Part shown: piece by piece, positions 17,252 to 24,955 of the stretch
How positions within the stretch are numbered: the stretch's first letter is position 1
How the letters are laid out: each line of letters starts with the position of its first letter
Origin: Rhodothermia bacterium
GTDB lineage: Bacteria > Bacteroidota > Rhodothermia > Rhodothermales > UBA2364
Direction: 5' to 3'
DNA: 64,000 bases
Assembly: GCA_017303715.1 (NCBI GenBank)
Contig: JAFLBZ010000005.1
Coordinates: 128,511 to 192,510, forward strand
Made by a program: the position numbers and the translations under genes
The notes under the pieces: generated by a model
The model's input: only the letters and a program-made list of their open reading frames with translations
Databases searched by the model: none
Told to the model about the DNA's origin: nothing

Positions 17252-18688
17252 CTATTTAATATCCATTTCAAGAATCATCATGACCACATCTTTCCCTTTA
17301 CTTTTTGCAGTAAATGACACTTTAGTTTTATCAAACCGGACATTGTCATCTTTTAGGAGACGATCACCCAATACTTTGGATAATCTTTCGGCAAAATTCC
17401 GACCTTGTGTTGTCTTTACTTGGGCAATAATCGCATTAATATCCAGCTCTTCTTTTGAATATAATACCGCCAGATAATCCGTCCCGCCTCCAGCAGAAGT
17501 AGCCTCAAAAGCAAAATCCTCACCGGGTAAAGAGATTTCGTTCTCCTTTCCGGTTATTGCTGCACTAACATAATCCCCATTTTCGTCTTGATATGGAAAC
17601 AATGTATTTATTTCATTGGTTTTATCCCCACCGATAACATACATAAAAGCAGTCTCATTATTTTTAACGAGGAGGCGATAAGGTGTTCCTGCGTTGATTT
17701 GGCTTTTTACTTTGTATTGACTTTTTTGTAGTCCAACTAATTTTGGTGCACCGTACGATAGGTTATATTGCGTATTCAGTTCTTTCCCATTTAGATCAAT
17801 AAGTCTAAAAGACCCCGCCAAATCAATTGTATTTGTTTTTTCTGAAATGGCAATCATTTCATACGCCTCTTTAACATTCAAAGCAAAATCATTGTATTTT
17901 ATCCAGATATAGCCATTATTTGCCCATGCTTCCCCCCACGAGTTCATGATTTCGAAAGCCCCGCCATCTTTTTGGTCATCATACCCGACAACGGTGACAG
18001 CATGTCGCACATTCCCACCGTCCAAGGTTGCTTGCCATACGTGTTTGTTGCTGGGTTTTAATAAGGACTTTCCACAACTGTCACAATATAGACCTACAAT
18101 AACGGGATTACCTTGAGAGAGTGCCAATTTTACAGCATCTATTTTCGCCTGTTGACTGGATTCTGGCTTAAATAGCCGATTGTATCCGGCTATTTTAAAT
18201 CCTTGAGCTTCATTTAAAAAAGGCAACGCCTCGCTCATATCTACACAATCTTTACTAAAACTTCCTTTTGTTGCAATTCCTTTACTTTGGAGATTATCTA
18301 ATGCAGCCCAAATATAGATGCCCTCAGAGCAATTAACATCGGAGGGATCTTTTGTTAGCGCATAAATGAATCCTGGAGAGAATGCTTTTTCTGATATTGT
18401 GGACGGGTTACTTATTTTCTCTTGCCGTGCATGAAGGATGGTTCTTGCTGCATACCCCACAGACCATGCCGTGCAGGTTCCGTAATTCGCTTGATGCCCG
18501 GGCTTTGGTGCAAACTGTTTAATAGATGCCCTCTCTGGTACTTTATCATAGGTATTCGCTGTTCTTGGTGCTGAGTAAGCGATTAAACGATATTTATTCT
18601 CGTCATATTTTGCCCCTGTCACATTAAATTGCGCCGATACAGCAGGGAGAGTAAACAGGAAAAATATTAATAATAAAAGCTGTTTCAT
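17252..18688 (-). CDS. Secreted papain-family (C1) cysteine peptidase with a DUF4384-like C-terminal domain (tandem paralogue)
   Basis: The signal peptide is MKQLLLLIFFLFTLPAVSAQ. Catalytic motifs are QANYGTCTAWS and RHAVTVVGYDDQKDGGAFEIMNSWGEAWANNGYIWIKY. The C-terminus is TAFMYVIGGDKTNEINTLFPYQ..DYLAVLYSKEEL. Confidence 0.8.
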   Translation of the reverse strand: MKQLLLLIFFLFTLPAVSAQFNVTGAKYDENKYRLIAYSAPRTANTYDKVPERASIKQFAPKPGHQANYGTCTAWSVGYAARTILHARQEKISNPSTISEKAFSPGFIYALTKDPSDVNCSEGIYIWAALDNLQSKGIATKGSFSKDCVDMSEALPFLNEAQGFKIAGYNRLFKPESSQQAKIDAVKLALSQGNPVIVGLYCDSCGKSLLKPSNKHVWQATLDGGNVRHAVTVVGYDDQKDGGAFEIMNSWGEAWANNGYIWIKYNDFALNVKEAYEMIAISEKTNTIDLAGSFRLIDLNGKELNTQYNLSYGAPKLVGLQKSQYKVKSQINAGTPYRLLVKNNETAFMYVIGGDKTNEINTLFPYQDENGDYVSAAITGKENEISLPGEDFAFEATSAGGGTDYLAVLYSKEELDINAIIAQVKTTQGRNFAERLSKVLGDRLLKDDNVRFDKTKVSFTAKSKGKDVVMMILEMDIK

Positions 18689-18760
18689 AAGAAATCTATT
18701 TTGAGTGATTTAGTGGCATTGGGAACGATAATCAGGATAACATTATTGCTCCCTTAAAAC

Positions 18761-18778
18761 ATCCCTTATAATAGGGGT
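18761..18778. promoter_or_regulatory. Candidate operator, ATCCCT-N6-AGGGgT (one mismatch), ~80 nt upstream of the C1 peptidase pair
   Basis: atccct tataat aggggt lies in the 18689-18920 intergenic region. The same half-sites and spacing occur at 24006, 24207 and 29283. Confidence 0.45.
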
Positions 18779-18872
18779 TTTCAGATTATGGTTCTCGCCA
18801 TTTCGCAGTACTTTTTTTACTTTCCAAATGTTATGAAAGAAAAGCAATGTATCCGAACGTGGTGATATCAAG

Positions 18873-18909
18873 TTTTGGGGCATACTACCCGCAGTAAAAT
18901 GCCCCAAAT
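18873..18909. terminator. Strong hairpin just downstream of the caspase-PEGA gene
   Basis: tttggggcat-N15-atgccccaaa is a 10-bp perfect stem 12 nt after the stop at 18921 (minus strand). There is no clear U-tract on the minus strand, so terminator function is uncertain. Confidence 0.4.
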
Positions 18910-18920
18910 AATTTTCATCT

Positions 18921-20891
18921 TTAGAAAGAAGCTACAATACTAGCGCCTTTGATTGAAGGATTAAGGTGTATAGACACCTTTACCCGCTCACTTAAAACCT
19001 TTTCTAAATACTTGTTATAGTCCATCTTTACAATGCGACCAATTTCAAAGATTGCAGATAGACCCCAAATAGCGCCTAAGCTTGGGACAGCGTATTGTGC
19101 AATATTGTATGCACTTTTTACGTTAGCATTTTGCTCCTTTTCCAATTTTGCCGCTTCTTTGTTGTATTGATCTTCAGCAAAGGGCCGTCCATATAAAATG
19201 AGACCTGCTGCAAAACTTCCTCTTAAGAGAAATTTAGTACCATGGCCAATGATGTCTTTGCGAAATCTTCCTCTGGCCTCTTCCTCTGGTGTAATTTCTA
19301 GCCGGACTGTTTCTTGCATTGTTTTTGATTCTTTAACATCAACGACTAAAAGTTTAGGGGTATGTTTAGGCTTTGTCAGAAGAATCCGTTGTTCCCCGTA
19401 CCCTAATTCAATATTGAGGGGTGTTTTCCCGTGAACTTTATCTTTTAAGGTGACAACTGCTCCATCTGGGATGGTATATAATTGGAGTAGTGTAGATATT
19501 TTTTCCAGAACGAACTCGAAAGATTGTTCATCTTGTGTTAAGTCTATTGAAGTATTTTGGATAGGCTTGTATCCTGAAGCGTCAACGGTAATCACATAGC
19601 GCCCTTTTTTAAATTCCTTGCTTGTAGAACCTGTTGAGATCAATTCATTGTTGATCGTAATACTTGCATTTTCTGGTACCACTTTAAATCTAACAAGAGT
19701 AGTTTCTCTTGATAGATTAATCTCAACAATTAAATCCTCATCCGGTTTTATCTCAACTTCTTTGTATTCTGTATTATACCTATCCTTACGCACCTCAAAT
19801 TTATACAAGCCGGGATCTATCCTATATTCAAATGTATTACTTGTTGCATAACCTAATTGTTTACTATCTAAAAAAATGCGTGCATTATCAACGTTAGTTT
19901 TCAAAGTAATTTTTGACTTAAATGCTTGTTTTGAACTAACATCCATAAGTATAGGATTTTCAACAAGCATTTCCTCCAATCTTCGAGGTGTTAGTTCGAA
20001 GAAAAAGCTACCGTTATCCGGACTAAATGCACCTTCGATTGGAGTTTGTTTTCCCCCTTTCATTTTGGCGTAATAAGGTACACGAGCCATGATATATTGG
20101 AAGAGTTCTTTGGAAATAACGATATTATCCTTATTTTCGTCAGCCTTACCTTTTTCAAGCCCCTCGAGTAGAACATACATCAAAGCACTGTGTTGCCAAT
20201 CTGCAGACTCAACAACTTCTTCATCCGCAGAACCTGCTGTTATAATTTCGCGACTTTTTTGAGACCAAACATTTTTCAAGTATGCACGTGTAAACTCTCC
20301 TCCACTACCACTCCTTGTTGTCGCCAGTCCACTATAACAAGCATCTATTAAAAATAGAACATGTTTGGGAATAAACTGGTCAGAAAAGTCTCTAAGTTCA
20401 TTCATTTTAACGGATGTACCAAAGAGAGACTTCGTATCAACGTCATGATTTAACAAAAAACCGAGTGGTTGATCCTTTCTACCACCTGTCTGGCCATGAC
20501 CAGCATAATAGATGAGTAAGGATGAATTTTCGGAAACGCTGTCGTTTGTAAATCTTTCAAGAGTAGAAATAATATTTGATCTCGTAGCATTTTCATCTAA
20601 CAAGATAAATATATTATCTTCTTTATATCCAAATTTATCCTTCAATAAACGCTTCATTGCTACAGCATCTTCTGCGGCATAAGTTAAAGGTCTAACATTG
20701 GAATCTTGATATTTATTAATTCCGATCAAAACAGCGTATCTCTCATCGTATGTTGAAGCCATATCTACTGATGATAAGACCCCTTCCGTAGAACTGCCTG
20801 GTGGTAATGTGTTTGGATTATCTTGTCCTAATACGTCTTGCGACTTCAAGGCTATCAATAAAAAAAACAACGTTAGTATGTAAGATTTCAT
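18921..20891 (-). CDS. Secreted caspase-like (C14) peptidase + three PEGA domains + C-terminal domain ending in Phe
   Basis: A signal peptide is present. The caspase motifs are YAVLIGINKY, the His motif LLIYYAGHGQ and the Cys motif LFLIDACYSG. The PEGA-like units are NARIFLDSKQLGYA, ENASITINNELISTG and DGAVVTLKDKVHGKTPLNIELGYG. The last residues are IKGASIVASF. Confidence 0.8.
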   Translation of the reverse strand: MKSYILTLFFLLIALKSQDVLGQDNPNTLPPGSSTEGVLSSVDMASTYDERYAVLIGINKYQDSNVRPLTYAAEDAVAMKRLLKDKFGYKEDNIFILLDENATRSNIISTLERFTNDSVSENSSLLIYYAGHGQTGGRKDQPLGFLLNHDVDTKSLFGTSVKMNELRDFSDQFIPKHVLFLIDACYSGLATTRSGSGGEFTRAYLKNVWSQKSREIITAGSADEEVVESADWQHSALMYVLLEGLEKGKADENKDNIVISKELFQYIMARVPYYAKMKGGKQTPIEGAFSPDNGSFFFELTPRRLEEMLVENPILMDVSSKQAFKSKITLKTNVDNARIFLDSKQLGYATSNTFEYRIDPGLYKFEVRKDRYNTEYKEVEIKPDEDLIVEINLSRETTLVRFKVVPENASITINNELISTGSTSKEFKKGRYVITVDASGYKPIQNTSIDLTQDEQSFEFVLEKISTLLQLYTIPDGAVVTLKDKVHGKTPLNIELGYGEQRILLTKPKHTPKLLVVDVKESKTMQETVRLEITPEEEARGRFRKDIIGHGTKFLLRGSFAAGLILYGRPFAEDQYNKEAAKLEKEQNANVKSAYNIAQYAVPSLGAIWGLSAIFEIGRIVKMDYNKYLEKVLSERVKVSIHLNPSIKGASIVASF

Positions 20892-20951
20892 GAAATTAAA
20901 GATTTAAAATGTGATCAAGAAGTTTTGTAATAAGTGTCAGACTCAGACTAT

Positions 20952-22649
20952 TTAATCAAGTACTTTAACCAGTCTAAAGCCAATATTGGCATTTTTTTTA
21001 TTGGGGTCAAAAAAATACCTATGCTCTAACCCTTTTGCTTCATGTATAAAGGAGCCTCCACGGATTACTTTAAGTGGGTATCCAGTTTGTACATTATTAA
21101 CAGGGTCTATATTTGGCGCATTTTGATAGTATTTACCATCATACCAATCCATTGTCCATTCCCATACATTGCCAATTACGTCAAAAATTTCCCAATTATT
21201 TGGCGGGTAATTTCCAACTGACATACTACTACCTACTCCACTTATAGACGTCGTGCAATCGGCACAATTTGCTCTACCAGTGCCTATGAATTCTCCCCAT
21301 GGAAAACGATCCACACTTCCAGCACGTGCTATATATTCCCATTCAGCCTCGGTAGGTAATCTATAGCTATGTATATTTTCTTTAGCATTTAACCGCTTGA
21401 TAAATTCTTGAACTTCATACCAAGATATATTTTCAACTGGATTCGATAGGTTACTTTTATTTTTACTGGGGTTATCTCCCATAACCATAAGCCATTGTTC
21501 TTGTGTAACTTCATATTTCCCTACATAGAAATCATTTGTGATTATAATCTCCTTTCGTGGTGACGAATCAGATTTTTCATCTTCCAGACTTCCCCTCATA
21601 AACACACCTTTATCTATCAAGACAAATTCTATACCGTAATTATTTTTAATATATTTGGGATATATATTTTCTTTTTTTGGATTTTTTACATTTTTTTTAT
21701 TGTTAATGGTAATGTTTATTGAAGGTTTAGGATCAATAAATGAAACTTGTGTTTTGGGTTTAACTAATGGCTCTTTTGGAGTATTTAAATCAATTTTTTC
21801 TTTGGCTTTTGGCTTAAAATAAAAATCGGAAAAGAGAATTCCTGAGCAGTCTGGGATTTGACCTCTTTCAGTAATGCTGCTTACTTTAACCGAAACTTTT
21901 CTACAGATCTCGTCCACTCCTACCCCTTCCTCCAAAATAGCGCCAGCAAGAGCCTCCGTAAAAACACCATTCTGGGCATCTTCGTATTCCCGTGCAGTTC
22001 CATTTGGACGGGTTCCGTAGATAATTTTCGCATTAACGACTTGATCCAACCCGACATTAAGACCACTTTGCCACCCAGCAACTCTTAGGGCTGGCAGTAC
22101 ACGACAAGCATCTAGAATAAGAATTTTAGTTATGTCTTTGGCTTTCTCGGCAAGTTTCCGTTGGATGTCTTCAATTGAGAGCGAGCCTTCAGCCATTCTG
22201 TCTGGTCTGTCAGTGGCGGCTTCAATGCCGGCCAGCCAATTCCCTGTTCCATATTGAAAACCATGGCCAGCAAAGTAAAAAACAACCGCTTCTTCATCTC
22301 CTTTAACCTTGCCCATAAACTGATCTACAGCATTTTGCATGCCCGACCTTGTTTGATTTACCGCCTTGATAACCGTAAAACCCAAATTCCTTAACGTCTG
22401 CTCCATCAATAACACATCCTCTTCAGGCTTACTCAGTTTTGGTAGGTAGCGATATTGTTCATTTCCCATAAGGAGGGCAAGCCGCTTATTAGCGCCTGTA
22501 GGCTTCACAATGGGCGCTCTCTCCACAAATTTGCGGCTTTCCTGGGCTGAGACTGTTACATAAACACTAAAAAACAATATATAAAAAGCTTTATTTATCA
22601 ACTTTATCAAGACTTTTAATCTTAAAATACGCAGATTAGCATTATACAT
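20952..22649 (-). CDS. Secreted caspase-like (C14) peptidase fused to an FGE/SUMF1 (formylglycine-generating-enzyme family) domain
   Basis: A signal peptide is present. The caspase motifs are LALLMGNEQY, VVFYFAGHGFQ and ILILDACR. The C-terminal FGE-type motifs are FYVGKYEVTQEQW, PVENISWYEVQEFIKRLN, YRLPTEAEWEYIARAGS, NVWEWTMDWY, VIRGGSF and GFRLV. Confidence 0.8.
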   Translation of the reverse strand: MYNANLRILRLKVLIKLINKAFYILFFSVYVTVSAQESRKFVERAPIVKPTGANKRLALLMGNEQYRYLPKLSKPEEDVLLMEQTLRNLGFTVIKAVNQTRSGMQNAVDQFMGKVKGDEEAVVFYFAGHGFQYGTGNWLAGIEAATDRPDRMAEGSLSIEDIQRKLAEKAKDITKILILDACRVLPALRVAGWQSGLNVGLDQVVNAKIIYGTRPNGTAREYEDAQNGVFTEALAGAILEEGVGVDEICRKVSVKVSSITERGQIPDCSGILFSDFYFKPKAKEKIDLNTPKEPLVKPKTQVSFIDPKPSINITINNKKNVKNPKKENIYPKYIKNNYGIEFVLIDKGVFMRGSLEDEKSDSSPRKEIIITNDFYVGKYEVTQEQWLMVMGDNPSKNKSNLSNPVENISWYEVQEFIKRLNAKENIHSYRLPTEAEWEYIARAGSVDRFPWGEFIGTGRANCADCTTSISGVGSSMSVGNYPPNNWEIFDVIGNVWEWTMDWYDGKYYQNAPNIDPVNNVQTGYPLKVIRGGSFIHEAKGLEHRYFFDPNKKNANIGFRLVKVLD

Positions 22650-23319
22650 TTAGAATTACTTTAATTTTGAAGAAAAAATTTATCAGTAAAACAGATAAGA
22701 CATACTATAAAGAAGACAGTAATATCGCTTTATCTACCATAATAAGATAAAAAAACCAGATTAACAACATCAAACAAACCCGTACCATGAATATTAAGTT
22801 AACATTATTCTGTTTTATTAAGATATTTTAAATAGAAAACAAGGTCTATCAGCACCCAGTTTATATGTAAAGGCACGTCCTTGTCTTGGATAAATACTTT
22901 AAATTAAATGACTTAATCACCAGCAAACATGTCCGTCGAGCGGTGCGGAAAGAAAATCGCAATAAACACTTGTAGCGAATGTTTAGTGCAAATTACAGTT
23001 ATGGCATTAATACCAATTTGGATATTGGCCTTCTTGACTGGTTAGAACAAAATGGTGGGCAATCGTAGAAAAAAGCAAAAGAGTATTTCTATGTGTTTAC
23101 TGCTTATTATAAAAAAATACAAATATTATCTTTTTTAAGCATTACTTCCGCCGATGTCACATTTATGAAATACTCTTTTGCTTAAGCGCAGTGACAAATC
23201 AGTACGCAAGAATTTATTAATTTTATGTTTTTTTAATAATTTTGCTACATTCAGAATAAGATATCCCCTATTTAATGTCAAGGATATAAAGAACACAACT
23301 CTACAATTTCTTTTAATCC

Positions 23320-23967
23320 TCACAATCTTTTGGGATGAATCAAGCCCTCTTGGATTGCTTTTACGACAGCTTCCACGTTCGAGCCAGCATGTAGCTTCTG
23401 GTAGATATTTTTAACATGGGAATTAACGGTATGGGTACTTATGAACAGGGTTTCTCCGATCTCTTTTTGAGAACGTCCCTTTGCCATCTCTTCCAAAACT
23501 TTTTTCTCTGCATTGGTGAGTTTTTGCCCTTCAGACCGATTCTCGGCCTTTCGGAAAGATGACAACACCCGCTGCGCCACTCTTGGCGGCATAGGCATAC
23601 CTCCCCCCACAGCCAAGTCAATCGCGGCAAGCAAATCCACATCCGATGCATCCTTTAGTAGATAGCCAGATGCGCCTTCTTCCAATGCCCTAAAAATGGA
23701 CTGGTCATCATCATTTATCGTGAGCATTACGATCGTCACCAGTGGCCATTTCTTTTTAAGATGGCCAACACAAGAGATGCCATCCATTGCCCCCATATTG
23801 ATGTCCATCAAAATAACATCTGGCGATTGTTGGTTCTTTTGTGCTTCAAGTGCTTCCTCTCCCGATGCAAAAGCGCCAGTACAGATCAGCAATTTCGAGT
23901 CCTCAATCAAAGAAAGTAGGCTTTCTCGGTAGCGTTTATTGTCTTCTACGGTCCAAATCCGAAGCAT
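23320..23967 (-). CDS. Response regulator, NarL/FixJ family (REC + LuxR-type HTH)
   Basis: The REC domain shows VEDN..DVILMDINM..VMLT. The HTH is LTNAEKKVLEEMAKGRSQKEIGETLFISTHTVNSHVKNIYQKL. Confidence 0.88.
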   Translation of the reverse strand: MLRIWTVEDNKRYRESLLSLIEDSKLLICTGAFASGEEALEAQKNQQSPDVILMDINMGAMDGISCVGHLKKKWPLVTIVMLTINDDDQSIFRALEEGASGYLLKDASDVDLLAAIDLAVGGGMPMPPRVAQRVLSSFRKAENRSEGQKLTNAEKKVLEEMAKGRSQKEIGETLFISTHTVNSHVKNIYQKLHAGSNVEAVVKAIQEGLIHPKRL

Positions 23968-24005
23968 CTTTTTTCTTTAGAATAGGGAACTTGTATGTTC
24001 ATCAA

Positions 24006-24023
24006 ATCCCTTAATTTAGGGAT
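24006..24023. promoter_or_regulatory. Candidate operator, exact ATCCCT-N6-AGGGAT, ~45 nt upstream of the RR gene
   Basis: aa atccct taattt agggat tt sits in the RR / lipoprotein-HK divergent intergenic region. Confidence 0.5.
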
Positions 24024-24206
24024 TTTTTTATTTTCAATATAGGTTACGGGTTAATCAAGTTGATTGAAGGCAGTTTGAATGTCATGACTGGGTTTTGCAT
24101 CCCATTGTCTTTCGTTGTGACCATCCAGCAGTAGATACGTGTTTTTCTCCTCTACAAATATTCATGACCAACCCCTTATTTCTTTATTTGCATCAATAGC
24201 CCTAAC

Positions 24207-24224
24207 ATCCCTTATTTTGGGGAT
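24207..24224. promoter_or_regulatory. Candidate operator, ATCCCT-N6-gGGGAT (one mismatch), ~50 nt upstream of the lipoprotein-HK operon
   Basis: atccct tatttt ggggat at 24207-24224. The downstream ORF starts at 24272. Confidence 0.45.
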
Positions 24225-24271
24225 TGCAAATTATGTTACTTCGTTTGTAAATTTCCCAAACCCACAAAATC

Positions 24272-24955
24272 ATGCACTTTGTTTTTTTCTACACATATTT
24301 TGGTTTATCCAGCAGTATAGGCTTGATATTTCTGTATATACTTTCTGGTTGTAGTCATCCAATACAAACAAAGACCTTTACTAACCAAGGAAACTTAGCG
24401 GATAATGATACTTTAGAGGTTGCCTCTGCTTCTTTGCTTAGAATTGAAGAGGGATTAGAAGCTCAGGATGCTACACGCATTCGTGAGGGGATCGAGACCC
24501 TTATGCAAAACAACATCTTGATTATATCTACCGAGGTACGTCCAAACGGTCAATTTACCTATAAAAACCTTCTAAACGAAGCCAAATCTTTCCGTAACAC
24601 TCCACCTGATGAGTTAGCAAAGATAGACAGATTGCTGGAGGTTTTAGAAAGGCCACAACAACCATTATTAATGGTAAATGTTTGTCGTGCCAAACTTACC
24701 AAGAAAAATGAGACCTCTTCCAATTGTACCATAAAAACCTTCAGAAATGGAGATTTGAGGGTTTTAGTTCGGACGGTACCCCAAGACATTGAGTGGCGTT
24801 TAGAGGGCAACAATCTTACTTCTTGCACAGGTTGTTGGCAAATCTGGAAAGGCTCTGGGAGAATCCAATGGATCACGCAAAAAAACCAAACACATCTTGT
24901 TTTGATACGCAATTTAAGTTCAGTGTCTGGCACATTCCTGCTTACATGGAACTAA
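24272..24955 (+). CDS. Putative lipoprotein, translationally coupled to the sensor kinase
   Basis: The hydrophobic N-terminus has the lipobox ILSGC. Its stop overlaps the kinase ATG (ATGGAACTAA, 24946-24955). Confidence 0.5.
   Translation: MHFVFFYTYFGLSSSIGLIFLYILSGCSHPIQTKTFTNQGNLADNDTLEVASASLLRIEEGLEAQDATRIREGIETLMQNNILIISTEVRPNGQFTYKNLLNEAKSFRNTPPDELAKIDRLLEVLERPQQPLLMVNVCRAKLTKKNETSSNCTIKTFRNGDLRVLVRTVPQDIEWRLEGNNLTSCTGCWQIWKGSGRIQWITQKNQTHLVLIRNLSSVSGTFLLTWN

Noticed and set aside
20952-21300. FGE/C-type-lectin-fold C-terminus as a possible diversity-generating retroelement (DGR) target
   Set aside because: No reverse transcriptase gene and no template-repeat copy of the 3' end of this gene is visible in the window. 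The adjacent 670-nt spacer is unrelated AT-rich DNA.
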